This document shows, piece by piece, positions 18,021 to 26,640 of a stretch of DNA of 64,000 nt. The position numbers and the translations under genes are program-made. Location of the stretch: assembly GCA_001820875.1 (NCBI GenBank), contig MHRF01000013.1:73992-137991 (forward strand). The letters run 5' to 3'. This stretch comes from Candidatus Taylorbacteria bacterium RIFCSPHIGHO2_01_FULL_46_22b (GTDB taxonomy: Bacteria > Patescibacteriota > Minisyncoccia > Phycocordibacterales > DSPV01). The notes beneath the pieces were generated by a model, which saw only the letters and a program-made list of their open reading frames with translations, ran no database searches and had not been told where the DNA came from. Each line of letters starts with the position of its first letter. Position 1 is the stretch's first letter.

Positions 18021-19536
18021 TTGCTTTCTTGATTATTTTTACAACCCCCTTGTCCGCATCCACCTCAATGAGATCGCCGTCTTTTAGGACTTGGGTTGCT
18101 ACTTTTGTACCAACAATACAGGGCTTGCCAAATTCTCGAGACATTATGGCCGCATGAGAAAGCAATCCTCCTTCAACCGTTACAATAGCCCCTGCTCGTT
18201 TCATTGCAGGCACATAATCAGGACCAGTCATAGAACAGACTAGTATCTCACCCTCCTTCAGTGAGTACGAATCTTTTGGTGAAGATGCAATTTTTACTTT
18301 TCCTATCGCAACCCCACGCGAAGCGCTTTGTCCCTTAAATTCCATAATTCCAGCCTTAGAAACACTGAAAGAGTTTTCTATCCATTCACTCAATGCTCGC
18401 CCTTCATCTCCACTTGCAATCATCGACTCACCCGAAAGCAGAGCGAAGGTAAAAGCGTCACCGCGTTCCTTCAATTCAACTGGATTGATTTGTGCTTTTC
18501 CCTGCAACGCTCGTAGTATTTCTTCTGAAGTCAGGTGCTGTAATTCACCTGTGGTAATACTAAGACGTGATGCGACAAGTTCAAGTAAGGGTTTGAACTG
18601 TGCCCCCGCTCTCATCGCCTCATCTACACCGGCGGTTAGCACCCAGCCCAACCTTCGTGCCCACGCAATGTCTTTTATGAGTGTGGAATCACTCTGGAGC
18701 ACTGTGAGTAATTCCTCTGCTTTCTCTCTATTTTTCTTATGCATTTCTTGCTGAAGAGTAAAATCACGATGTGCCCCTTTCATAAGAGCATTCTTAATTT
18801 TTTCGATAAGTTCTTTCTTATCAAGCGGAGCAAGAGGCATGACAAAGTACGTCTTCATCCAACTATATTCATCAAGGTACGTGTTGAGCTTTTGTTGAAA
18901 AATACTATTGCTTTCAAAATCTTTCTCTTTTTCAGCGATACCCACCAGTTCAAAAAAATATCCTTGCTCTTCTTGAAAAGCTGCTTTTTTGACAGGAAAA
19001 ATCAAGAGTGTTAGAGCATCCGTCAAATCGATAATCTTTTCAACCTCATTCTTATGCGAAATGAGTCCTGACTTAACACGGTCAGTAAGCATGTTGTATT
19101 CTGAAATATACCAAGGTATGTAGAACCATGGAGTAATACGTATGAATGCTGCGTCGAATCGAATCCACAGTTCACCTAACTCCGTGTCAGTGATGTGAGT
19201 TCTCTGTATTTCTTTGTTAAAAGAATTCATCTTTTGTCGAAAGAATTGCATCTGTCCGACAGAGTTTCTCAACACATATTCAAGATAGTCTTCATTAAGA
19301 AGAGCTTCCCGAAGTTTCTGGAGCAAGGGAGATCTTTGAGAAAGTTTTGTATAACCATGACTTGAATTTGTAAAGAGATAATCGTAACGAAACACCCCAA
19401 ACTTTAAATCTTCTGGAAAATATTGATAGAGTCCTCGGGTGTGAAAATCAGACAGAAGTATGCAGTTCCCATTTCTTTGCTGAAATTCAAAATCCCATTC
19501 GCTTAGATTAAGGTCAGATTTTGTAAGTTTTTTCAT
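18013..19536 (-). CDS. Array paralog P11
   Basis: 507-aa ORF. The C-terminus reads IVTVEGGLLSHAAIMSREFGKPCIVG. It overlaps P10 by 8 nt. Confidence 0.85.
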   Translation of the reverse strand: MKKLTKSDLNLSEWDFEFQQRNGNCILLSDFHTRGLYQYFPEDLKFGVFRYDYLFTNSSHGYTKLSQRSPLLQKLREALLNEDYLEYVLRNSVGQMQFFRQKMNSFNKEIQRTHITDTELGELWIRFDAAFIRITPWFYIPWYISEYNMLTDRVKSGLISHKNEVEKIIDLTDALTLLIFPVKKAAFQEEQGYFFELVGIAEKEKDFESNSIFQQKLNTYLDEYSWMKTYFVMPLAPLDKKELIEKIKNALMKGAHRDFTLQQEMHKKNREKAEELLTVLQSDSTLIKDIAWARRLGWVLTAGVDEAMRAGAQFKPLLELVASRLSITTGELQHLTSEEILRALQGKAQINPVELKERGDAFTFALLSGESMIASGDEGRALSEWIENSFSVSKAGIMEFKGQSASRGVAIGKVKIASSPKDSYSLKEGEILVCSMTGPDYVPAMKRAGAIVTVEGGLLSHAAIMSREFGKPCIVGTKVATQVLKDGDLIEVDADKGVVKIIKKANG

Positions 19537-20894
19537 TTTTTAAGGATTTTAACAACCCCCTTGTCCGCATCCACCTCAATGAGATCGCCATCTTTGAGGA
19601 CTTTTGTGGCATTTTTTGTTCCCATAACACAAGGGATATTAAATTCACGACTCACGATGGCGGCATGACACGACAGCCCACCCTCATCTGTGACAATAGC
19701 GGCTGATTTTTTAAGAATGACCATGTAATCAGGGGTGGTCATGTTTGTCACTAGAATGTCACCGTGGTTTAACTTTCCGAAATCCTTATGACCCATAATC
19801 ACTTTGGCAATACCGGTAACTTTTCCCTTGCAAGCAATCTGACCTTTAATTTCCTTGATATCCTCCTGTATAGGACTTTCAAAATATGCGCGAATTTTCT
19901 GGTAATCCTTTCCTGTAAGAAGAATCTCCTCACTGTTCAAAAAACCGTGGGCAAATCCCTCTCGTCTTTCCTGTATTACTTTTTTGTCTGGTAACGCTTC
20001 ATCCGCAAAACCTGCGAGGACCTCCTGATAGGTAAGTGTATAAAATGATGGCAAATCTGCTTTCAATTTTTGTGCAAGCAACTGCGCCAAAGGTCTGAAG
20101 GCAAACCATATCTGCTGTGAAGATTCCTTGATTCTGTTTCGGCAGAAAATACCAACTTGAAGCCCGGTAAGTAAAAAGTGCTTTTCGGGTGAAGGCTTAA
20201 GTTCGTTTGAACCGACTTCGGACTTGAGCTCTGCACGTAAGTCCTCTTCAGTATAATTTTCTATAAGATTATAAGACGTTTTTATCCACGCAAATTTTTC
20301 AAGATGAGATTGTATTTCCTTATCTGTAAGTTTCCCCTGCATTTCCAATTTCTTCAAATTCCGTATTGATTCATTAATATAGTCTACATCGAGCTTTTTG
20401 TAAGAATACGAATATTCAAGAATGTCCGGTCGCTCCTTTGATAGCTCTTTCTCGCAAAAATTGGTAAGTGGCATTGCAAACACGTAGAAACCCTGAATTG
20501 TTTTCAAAACCGAGATGTAACGCTTGAAGAGCGATATAAGATCAGGGAGACTACTGTCCTCAAGAAACTTCACCTCATGAATAAAGCGATTATTTTCTTC
20601 TGCAAACTTATCAAATTTTTTGACAACAGTTAGAGGCCATTCGATGTCCTTGGAAAAAGCCTCTCGAAATTTATCAGAAAAAAGTTGAGTATCTTTTAAA
20701 TCGATAAGATACTTATCCTGAACCCATAATGTGTTCACATACTTCAAGATCACACCGGAAGCGATTTCCTGTGGTTGCATTAGCGCTTCCATTACTATGG
20801 CCTTCGATTGAAGAAAACCGAAACGCGTTACCGCAGGATCCCACTCTACAGTCTTTATTTTATTGAATATTTCCTCTGATAACTTTTCAATCAT
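19533..20894 (-). CDS. Array paralog P12
   Basis: 453-aa ORF. The C-terminus reads IVTDEGGLSCHAAIVSREFNIPCVMG. It overlaps P11 by 4 nt. Confidence 0.85.
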   Translation of the reverse strand: MIEKLSEEIFNKIKTVEWDPAVTRFGFLQSKAIVMEALMQPQEIASGVILKYVNTLWVQDKYLIDLKDTQLFSDKFREAFSKDIEWPLTVVKKFDKFAEENNRFIHEVKFLEDSSLPDLISLFKRYISVLKTIQGFYVFAMPLTNFCEKELSKERPDILEYSYSYKKLDVDYINESIRNLKKLEMQGKLTDKEIQSHLEKFAWIKTSYNLIENYTEEDLRAELKSEVGSNELKPSPEKHFLLTGLQVGIFCRNRIKESSQQIWFAFRPLAQLLAQKLKADLPSFYTLTYQEVLAGFADEALPDKKVIQERREGFAHGFLNSEEILLTGKDYQKIRAYFESPIQEDIKEIKGQIACKGKVTGIAKVIMGHKDFGKLNHGDILVTNMTTPDYMVILKKSAAIVTDEGGLSCHAAIVSREFNIPCVMGTKNATKVLKDGDLIEVDADKGVVKILKK

Positions 20895-20899
20895 ATTAG

Positions 20900-22357
20900 T
20901 TACTTAACTATTTTCACTACCCCTGTATCCGCATTTACTTCTACTATATCGCCATCCTTTAACACATGCGTTGCGATTTTTGTTCCAACCACACAAGGTT
21001 TTCTCATCTCTCGAGCCATAATCGCCGCATGACAGGTAATTCCACCCTCGTCCGTCACGAAAGCCGAGGCTTTCTCAAGAGCAGGCAGCAGGTTTGATGT
21101 GGTCATCGTAGTTACCAATATATCGCCTCGTTCGAATTTTTCGACATCTTTGCCAGTTTTTATGATTTTCACCGTCCCGCGAGCGCACCCTGCATACCCA
21201 GTCTTTCCTGAAAATTCAGTTACGGCGTCCTTTGTCATGTCCAGAAACGGATGGCTCTGCACAAATGATACCACTTCGGCTCCCTCAAGAATCCTATACT
21301 CATCTCCTTGAACGTGATATATCAAAAAATTCTCCAGACGGTTCTTAACATGAGAAACGTAATCAAATTCTCCCTTAAGTGCAGTGGACACTTCATCCGC
21401 TGACAGACAGATAAGACCTTCGTATGAGATGTTCAGCAATTGAGCTATCTTGTCGAGCACAGGCCGGACAATCGCGGCTGATTCATGCACAAAATCCCCG
21501 CGCTGGGTTCTCAAATAAACTACTTTTCGAATAATATCGACAACGTGTTTGTCTTGAACACTAAAACTCGAAATTGCTTTCTCAATCTTTTGTTCTCTTT
21601 CTTTTCGGTGAGCGAGTCGAATCTCAAGTTCATGAAGTGCTTTGGTTTTATTGATTCCTTCCAACCGTTTCAAGACGGTTTCTTTTGTCCACGCATCACC
21701 GATAAAATACCGCACGCCCAGCCACCCGTATTTCTGTGCATGATTCTCTGCGACAATTGGCAATTCTTCCTCTCGTATACCTGCAAGACGAAGGAAATCA
21801 TCTTGTTCATATTCTGCCGTAGTCAAACGATCCGCGACAGAGATGGTGTCATATAACTTTTGAGCTTCTTCTTTGTTTGCAGTATATTTCTTTACCAATT
21901 CCTCGGCAAATTCAACGAGCGGACGCTCAAAAAAAGTTATCTGATAAAATACTGTGTAATGAGACAGCGCTCGAGAGTAAACAAGGATTGCATCTGCAAG
22001 AACTTTTTTGTCTGCTGATTTGTCTCCAACATATTTTCTAAATAAGAGCGAGACTTCTCGTAATTTGTCTCCCGCTTGAAGACATTGCTCTATAAGACTA
22101 TTGATATATTGATTATTCGATACATCAAATTTATTTTTTACTTCCGCTTCTATTTCGAGCAGGTCACCTGCGAATTGATAAAAATAATGATTGACCTGCA
22201 ACCAACGCACAATAGTTTCCAATCCCAAAAGACTTCTGGATAATTCCCTATTTTGCATTCCCGAAATAATGGCGCTCGAGCCGAATGGCGGCTCTGCCCG
22301 TTCGCCAAAATACGTCAGGTCGCTTTCCTGTATACTTTCTAGGTCTATTTTCTTCAT
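20900..22357 (-). CDS. Array paralog P13
   Basis: 485-aa ORF. The C-terminus reads FVTDEGGITCHAAIMAREMRKPCVVG. Confidence 0.85.
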   Translation of the reverse strand: MKKIDLESIQESDLTYFGERAEPPFGSSAIISGMQNRELSRSLLGLETIVRWLQVNHYFYQFAGDLLEIEAEVKNKFDVSNNQYINSLIEQCLQAGDKLREVSLLFRKYVGDKSADKKVLADAILVYSRALSHYTVFYQITFFERPLVEFAEELVKKYTANKEEAQKLYDTISVADRLTTAEYEQDDFLRLAGIREEELPIVAENHAQKYGWLGVRYFIGDAWTKETVLKRLEGINKTKALHELEIRLAHRKEREQKIEKAISSFSVQDKHVVDIIRKVVYLRTQRGDFVHESAAIVRPVLDKIAQLLNISYEGLICLSADEVSTALKGEFDYVSHVKNRLENFLIYHVQGDEYRILEGAEVVSFVQSHPFLDMTKDAVTEFSGKTGYAGCARGTVKIIKTGKDVEKFERGDILVTTMTTSNLLPALEKASAFVTDEGGITCHAAIMAREMRKPCVVGTKIATHVLKDGDIVEVNADTGVVKIVK

Positions 22358-23415
22358 CTTATGATTCTCACGATTCCTTTATCTGCATCCACTTCCACTG
22401 TGTCGCCATCCTTGAGAATTTTGGTGGCAACACCAGTACCAATCACACAAGGTTTCTTCATCTCGCGCGCGACAATTGCGGCATGAGAGAGAATGCCGCC
22501 CGCGTCCGTTACAAATGCTGCGGCTTTTTCCATAAGAGGCAAGAATTCTGGACGGGTCATCCCAGTCACCAAAATATCTCCTTTTTCAAATGGAGCGTTG
22601 TATTTAAACGGATCAATAACCAACCGCACTATTCCACGAACATTTCCCTTATACGCAATTTGTCCTTTAATTTCTTTAATTCCAACTTTTGGCAAAACAA
22701 TCTTTTCCATTTCTGATACCTGCAAACCAGAAAAAAGTAGTGACTTCCCAGACTCAAAAAATTGAATTGATTGTCCAAATCTCTCTTCCAGAACACTCTT
22801 ATCTGGCAAAAAAGCACTTTTAAAGTACGCTCGAAATTCTTCTTTTGTTGTAGATAATACCAATTCCTTGGCAATTCCCTTTTCTTTACCAACTTGTTCT
22901 GCAATTCTCTCCATGAAATTTTCCTGTTCTCTAAATACAGGTTCTGAATACAAGCGTGCTTCTTCAAATATCGGCAAATACTTTTCCAAACCTTCAGGAG
23001 ACAAGTAATCTACAATGTATTTAACACTTAGATGCGGGATGTAGTAGTCTGCAATATTTTTCCAAAATTCCTCGTAGATTTTCGCATCTAGTTTTTTGTC
23101 TTCATTCTGTTTAAAAAATAACAGGACTCGCTCCGCATGTTCTTTCAACGAATCGGCGAGCTTTTTTGCGTTATGCGAGTCTCCATTAATCTGTGTAACT
23201 AATCGATCTCCTAAATTGTCTTTTTCTGCTTGGCTGACCCAGCAATCCGATATGCCTTTCCGATGAGTGTACACAACAAGTCCGTAGGCTGAATCTCCTG
23301 ATATACGATTCCCATCTGTCCATTCCCCTCCAAATTGTGAGCAGGAATGCAAACTCCACTTCCCCGACCATACTTTCACCCAGTCAGTGTGTTTTTTAAA
23401 AGAAGAAAGATCCAT
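22354..23415 (-). CDS. Array paralog P14 (short, 353 aa)
   Basis: The C-terminus reads FVTDAGGILSHAAIVAREMKKPCVIG. It overlaps P13 by 4 nt, and its start lies 4 nt after the stop of the ATP-grasp gene. Confidence 0.8.
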   Translation of the reverse strand: MDLSSFKKHTDWVKVWSGKWSLHSCSQFGGEWTDGNRISGDSAYGLVVYTHRKGISDCWVSQAEKDNLGDRLVTQINGDSHNAKKLADSLKEHAERVLLFFKQNEDKKLDAKIYEEFWKNIADYYIPHLSVKYIVDYLSPEGLEKYLPIFEEARLYSEPVFREQENFMERIAEQVGKEKGIAKELVLSTTKEEFRAYFKSAFLPDKSVLEERFGQSIQFFESGKSLLFSGLQVSEMEKIVLPKVGIKEIKGQIAYKGNVRGIVRLVIDPFKYNAPFEKGDILVTGMTRPEFLPLMEKAAAFVTDAGGILSHAAIVAREMKKPCVIGTGVATKILKDGDTVEVDADKGIVRIIR

Positions 23416-23419
23416 AGGG

Positions 23420-24370
23420 CTATTTCAACGTAGTAATCGGACGGGATTGGACGATGTAGAATTTGCCATCTTCGCGCGCCCATTCGATATCACAGGGGAA
23501 TTTGTAGTGATTCTCAATTTTGATGACAAGATCGGAAAGGGCAAAGATTTCTTCGTCAGAGAGGACTTGTTTTTCGCCTTCGGATGAAGATATATCGCGC
23601 CATTCATTGCCGCCATGTTCACCAGATTTTTTAAAGAGACCCCGTTCTTGTGTCACTACATTTTTATCGAGAATCAACCGGTCACTTTTATGCACAACAT
23701 AACTATCGGGTGTAATTTGCCCTGACACCACCGCCTCGCCAAGCCCAAGAGCCGCTTCAATGATGAGTTGATTTCGATCTTCTGTGACTGGGTGCACCGA
23801 AAATGCGATACCTGCTGCTTCGCTTTCAACCATTTTTTGTATCACTACCGCAACTGAAATCTTTGTATTATGCAATTCCTTTTCAAAACGATAAAAAACT
23901 GCGCGCGGAGTGAATAGAGATGCCCAACAATGTTGAACTTTTTCAAGGACATTCTTTTCAGTGGTATTAAGAAAACTGTCGAGTTGACCTGCCCATGCAG
24001 CGCTTGCAGAATCTTCGGCGGTTGCCGATGAGCGCACCGCGACAAATTTTGCTCCCAATCGCCCGAATTCAGCTCCGATAGTCGATGCAATATCCTGCGG
24101 CATTTTTGCTTCAAGTATCATCTCCTGAATCTTCTCTGACGCTTTCTCAACTGTATGAATTTCCTGATGATTAACGGTATGCAAAATCGCATCAATCTCA
24201 ACTCCCAAATCAGTCTCGGCAAGAAAACGCTCAAATGCTCCTGCAAGCACCACGAAACCCTCGGGCACGGGAATTCCCGCTTGGGTCATCTCGCCAAGCG
24301 AGGCGCCCTTCCCACCTGCAATCGCGGCATCTCCTTTATTCAATTGGTCAAATCTACGTACAATTTCCAT
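23420..24370 (-). CDS. Stand-alone ATP-grasp nucleotide-binding domain protein of the PEP synthase / pyruvate-phosphate dikinase / rifampin-phosphotransferase N-terminal type (PPDK_N-like)
   Basis: 316 aa. N-terminal AIAGGKGASLGEMTQAGIPVPEGFVV, then ...VAVRSSATAEDSASAAWAGQ..., ...IVQSRPIT. No downstream His or PEP-binding domain within the ORF. It is the first gene of the array. Confidence 0.8.
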   Translation of the reverse strand: MEIVRRFDQLNKGDAAIAGGKGASLGEMTQAGIPVPEGFVVLAGAFERFLAETDLGVEIDAILHTVNHQEIHTVEKASEKIQEMILEAKMPQDIASTIGAEFGRLGAKFVAVRSSATAEDSASAAWAGQLDSFLNTTEKNVLEKVQHCWASLFTPRAVFYRFEKELHNTKISVAVVIQKMVESEAAGIAFSVHPVTEDRNQLIIEAALGLGEAVVSGQITPDSYVVHKSDRLILDKNVVTQERGLFKKSGEHGGNEWRDISSSEGEKQVLSDEEIFALSDLVIKIENHYKFPCDIEWAREDGKFYIVQSRPITTLK

Positions 24371-24398
24371 AAAAACATACCTTTTGCAAGGTTGCTTA

Positions 24399-24426
24399 AT
24401 AGTACCTCACCACTGTAAATTTTCAA
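24399..24426 (-). promoter_or_regulatory. Candidate promoter for the array (-35 TTGAAA, -10 TACTAT on the minus strand)
   Basis: Hexamer-like matches 30-55 nt upstream of the ATP-grasp start. Weak match. Confidence 0.25.
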
Positions 24427-24531
24427 TCTGTATTATGCCAGCGATAGCGTATAAAACACAGATTTGTTCGCAAAAAACTACCAGTTGATAGTTCGAGAAT
24501 CATTACAAATTGGAGTACTAGATTTTGTTGG

Positions 24532-24560
24532 GTTGTAAGGAGTGCGCTTTTCGGTATAAT
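24532..24560 (+). promoter_or_regulatory. Promoter for the tRNA-Pro/tRNA-Ala pair (TTGTAA-N17-TATAAT)
   Basis: The -10 TATAAT at 24555..24560 lies 18 nt upstream of the tRNA start. Confidence 0.4.
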
Positions 24561-24577
24561 ATTCAGATTCAGTTATA

Positions 24578-24648
24578 CGGGGTGTAGTATAGTGGTAGTA
24601 TACACGTTTCGGGTACGTGAGGCCCGAGTCCGATTCTCGGCACCCCGA
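24578..24648 (+). tRNA. tRNA-Pro (anticodon CGG)
   Basis: Acceptor CGGGGTG/CACCCCG, anticodon stem CACGT/ACGTG with loop TTCGGGT, T-arm CCGAG-TCCGATT-CTCGG. The D-arm is slightly irregular. Confidence 0.75.
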
Positions 24649-24650
24649 TA

Positions 24651-24721
24651 GGGCCTGTAGTCTAGTGGTACGACGCGTCATTCGCATTGACGAGGCGGGG
24701 GTCCGATTCCCCCCAGGTCCA
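24651..24721 (+). tRNA. tRNA-Ala (anticodon CGC)
   Basis: Acceptor GGGCCTG/CAGGTCC with a G3:U70 pair, anticodon stem CGTCA/TGACG with loop TTCGCAT, T-arm GGGGG-TCCGATT-CCCCC. Confidence 0.85.
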
Positions 24722-24753
24722 ACATCTCGAATCAATTCAACTCGGTGAAAAAG

Positions 24754-25275
24754 TTACACTCCCGCTTGTATACCTCCGATTGCTGTATCAAAATTATGCT
24801 TGCTTGCGCGATCAATCAGTTCAGCAAGTTTTTGCTTCACCTTGTATGGATTGGCAATATGAATCAGCTTCACTTCGATATCATCTCCTCCAGCGGTATC
24901 GATCGCGAGTTGTCCTGTACCCATCACAATCTTCTCGACAAAATTCTGACTGGTGTGCACATCCGTAATTCTCCCGTAATCAACGCTCTGCACGCTCGTG
25001 GAAAGCCATCCCCGATGAATTAAGATGCGCTTGTTGGTAAATGCGTACGCATTTGATACAGGAATGTAAAAGGTGAAGTAAAAAAGCGCAATCGCAAAAA
25101 TAAGTACTCCAAGCCCGTATATCCAGACCGTGGCAAGCGATAGAAGCATCCACGCCGAAAGATGTATATAAATGTAACGCCAGCTAATTGAGAACTCAAA
25201 TTCAATATGCTCGTCCGAAGTAACTATTTTATTCCAAATTTTTTGGTATCGCATAACGGTTTTATAATACCACAA
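24754..25275 (-). CDS. Membrane protein with a bacterial PH-like domain (YdbS/YdbT-like)
   Basis: Two N-terminal TM helices, then ...KRILIHRGWLSTSVQSVDYGRITDV..., the pattern typical of bPH_2-type proteins. Confidence 0.5.
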   Translation of the reverse strand: MWYYKTVMRYQKIWNKIVTSDEHIEFEFSISWRYIYIHLSAWMLLSLATVWIYGLGVLIFAIALFYFTFYIPVSNAYAFTNKRILIHRGWLSTSVQSVDYGRITDVHTSQNFVEKIVMGTGQLAIDTAGGDDIEVKLIHIANPYKVKQKLAELIDRASKHNFDTAIGGIQAGV

Positions 25276-25327
25276 AAGCCATTGGGCTCGTCAAAAATTA
25301 AAAAGTACGCTACTATATCTTTTTAAT

Positions 25328-25400
25328 GGGCCCTTAGCTCATCTGGTAGAGCGCCTCATTTGCAATGAGGAGGTAAGCGGTTCGAGCCCGCTAGGGTCCA
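25328..25400 (+). tRNA. tRNA-Ala (anticodon TGC)
   Basis: Acceptor GGGCCCT/AGGGTCC (G3:U70), D-arm GCTC-ATCTGGTA-GAGC, anticodon stem CCTCA/TGAGG with loop TTTGCAA, T-arm AGCGG-TTCGAGC-CCGCT. Confidence 0.9.
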
Positions 25401-25558
25401 AAACGTACGAAAAATACCTGCTCTGCAGCAGGTTTTTTCGATGTTTGGGAAGCCGGAGCTATGTTTTGCCTTCAAGCAAAACAGGCGAGGCAGGGTCGTG
25501 GAATTTTGCTTGCGGCGGCAAGCAAAATATCCCTGACCAAAAACAGTCCACCCACTGC

Positions 25559-25586
25559 GGTAGGAAGAGAGACCGCTAGGGTCCCA
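25559..25586 (+). repeat. Partial duplicate of the tRNA-Ala 3' end (pseudo T-arm plus the 3' acceptor strand TAGGGTCC)
   Basis: GCGGTAGGAAGAGAGACCGCTAGGGTCCCA matches the tRNA's GAGCCCGCTAGGGTCCA at 16 of 17 positions, 175 bp downstream. Confidence 0.5.
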
Positions 25587-25594
25587 CAATGAGC

Positions 25595-26575
25595 TTAATT
25601 TGCAAGTGCTAGCATCAGCACATGATCCAAAAACTCCGGTAATCCAGAGCCGATTGCACCAAGTGCTTTTGGCATCAGTGATTCCTGCGTCAGCCCTGGC
25701 AGTGTATTTGATTCAAGATAATAAATCCCGCGTTTAGGGGTAACCATAAAATCAGAACGGGAGTAGTGTCGAAGACCAAGCGATTGGTGTGCCACTGCTG
25801 CCAATCGCTGGATTTCACGCATTTCTTCTGGAGAGAAGTTGCCTGGGCAAATTTCCTCTGACCGGCCGGAATACTTCGCCTCGTAATCAAAAAACTCTTT
25901 ATCTGCGGGTGGTCTAATCTCAATCGGCAAAAGTGAATATATATCTTTTCCGCGGAAACGTTCCACCACCCCACAGGTGGCTTCTTTTCCTTTAATAAAT
26001 TCTTCAATCAAAATAACATCTGCATGTTTAAGGGCCGTGTATACACCTGCTTCAAATGTACTAAAATCCCGTGCCACACTCATACCCACTGATGATCCTA
26101 AATTTGCTGGTTTGATGATTACAGGAAGCGGTAATGATCTGAAGGTAGAAAGAATTTGTTCTCCAATATTCCCCTGCTCTTTGCGAATCACCGCATGCGC
26201 AGGAGTTTTAATGCCTTCTGTCGCCAGACGCCGCTTTGCAGAAATTTTATTCATCGCAAGCACCGATCCGAATACATCCGATCCCGTATATGGAAGCGAG
26301 AGTTGTTCAAGAATCCGCTGAACCTGTCCATCCTCGCCATACTCACCGTGCATCGCATTAAACACTACATCAACACCCGTCAGAGCTTGTGCAGGATTTT
26401 TTTTCGTTCCCACCACATGCCACGCGCCATTTTTATCAATCACAATATCTCGAGCTGTATATTTGCCAGCATGCAAATTATTCAGCACAGATTCACCAGT
26501 CTTAAGCGAGACCTCGTGTTCGCTCGACGGACCGCCGCGCAAAACTGCAACTGAAATTTTTCGCTCTGGTATCAT
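25595..26575 (-). CDS. ddl: D-alanine--D-alanine ligase
   Basis: 326 aa. MIPERKISVAVLRGGPSSEHEVSL..., then an ATP-grasp body (...KPANLGSSVGMS..., ...LPGLTQESLMPKA...). Confidence 0.85.
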   Translation of the reverse strand: MIPERKISVAVLRGGPSSEHEVSLKTGESVLNNLHAGKYTARDIVIDKNGAWHVVGTKKNPAQALTGVDVVFNAMHGEYGEDGQVQRILEQLSLPYTGSDVFGSVLAMNKISAKRRLATEGIKTPAHAVIRKEQGNIGEQILSTFRSLPLPVIIKPANLGSSVGMSVARDFSTFEAGVYTALKHADVILIEEFIKGKEATCGVVERFRGKDIYSLLPIEIRPPADKEFFDYEAKYSGRSEEICPGNFSPEEMREIQRLAAVAHQSLGLRHYSRSDFMVTPKRGIYYLESNTLPGLTQESLMPKALGAIGSGLPEFLDHVLMLALAN

Positions 26576-26640
26576 ACCGCTAGTATATCAGGAAACAAAA
26601 CAACAAACAGTGAAAAACTTTTTTTGCCCGTTTTGTATAA

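Noticed and set aside
1-24370. The array as fragments of pseudogenised full-length PEP synthase, pyruvate-phosphate dikinase or PTS enzyme I genes
   Set aside because: There are 17 intact ORFs with start codons, translational-coupling overlaps and conserved catalytic His. None contains a PEP-binding TIM-barrel domain or an ATP-grasp domain, which argues for a deliberately modular system, not decay.
24478-24735. 85-aa minus-strand ORF overlapping the tRNA-Pro/tRNA-Ala genes
   Set aside because: It is fully occupied by two well-folded tRNAs on the opposite strand.
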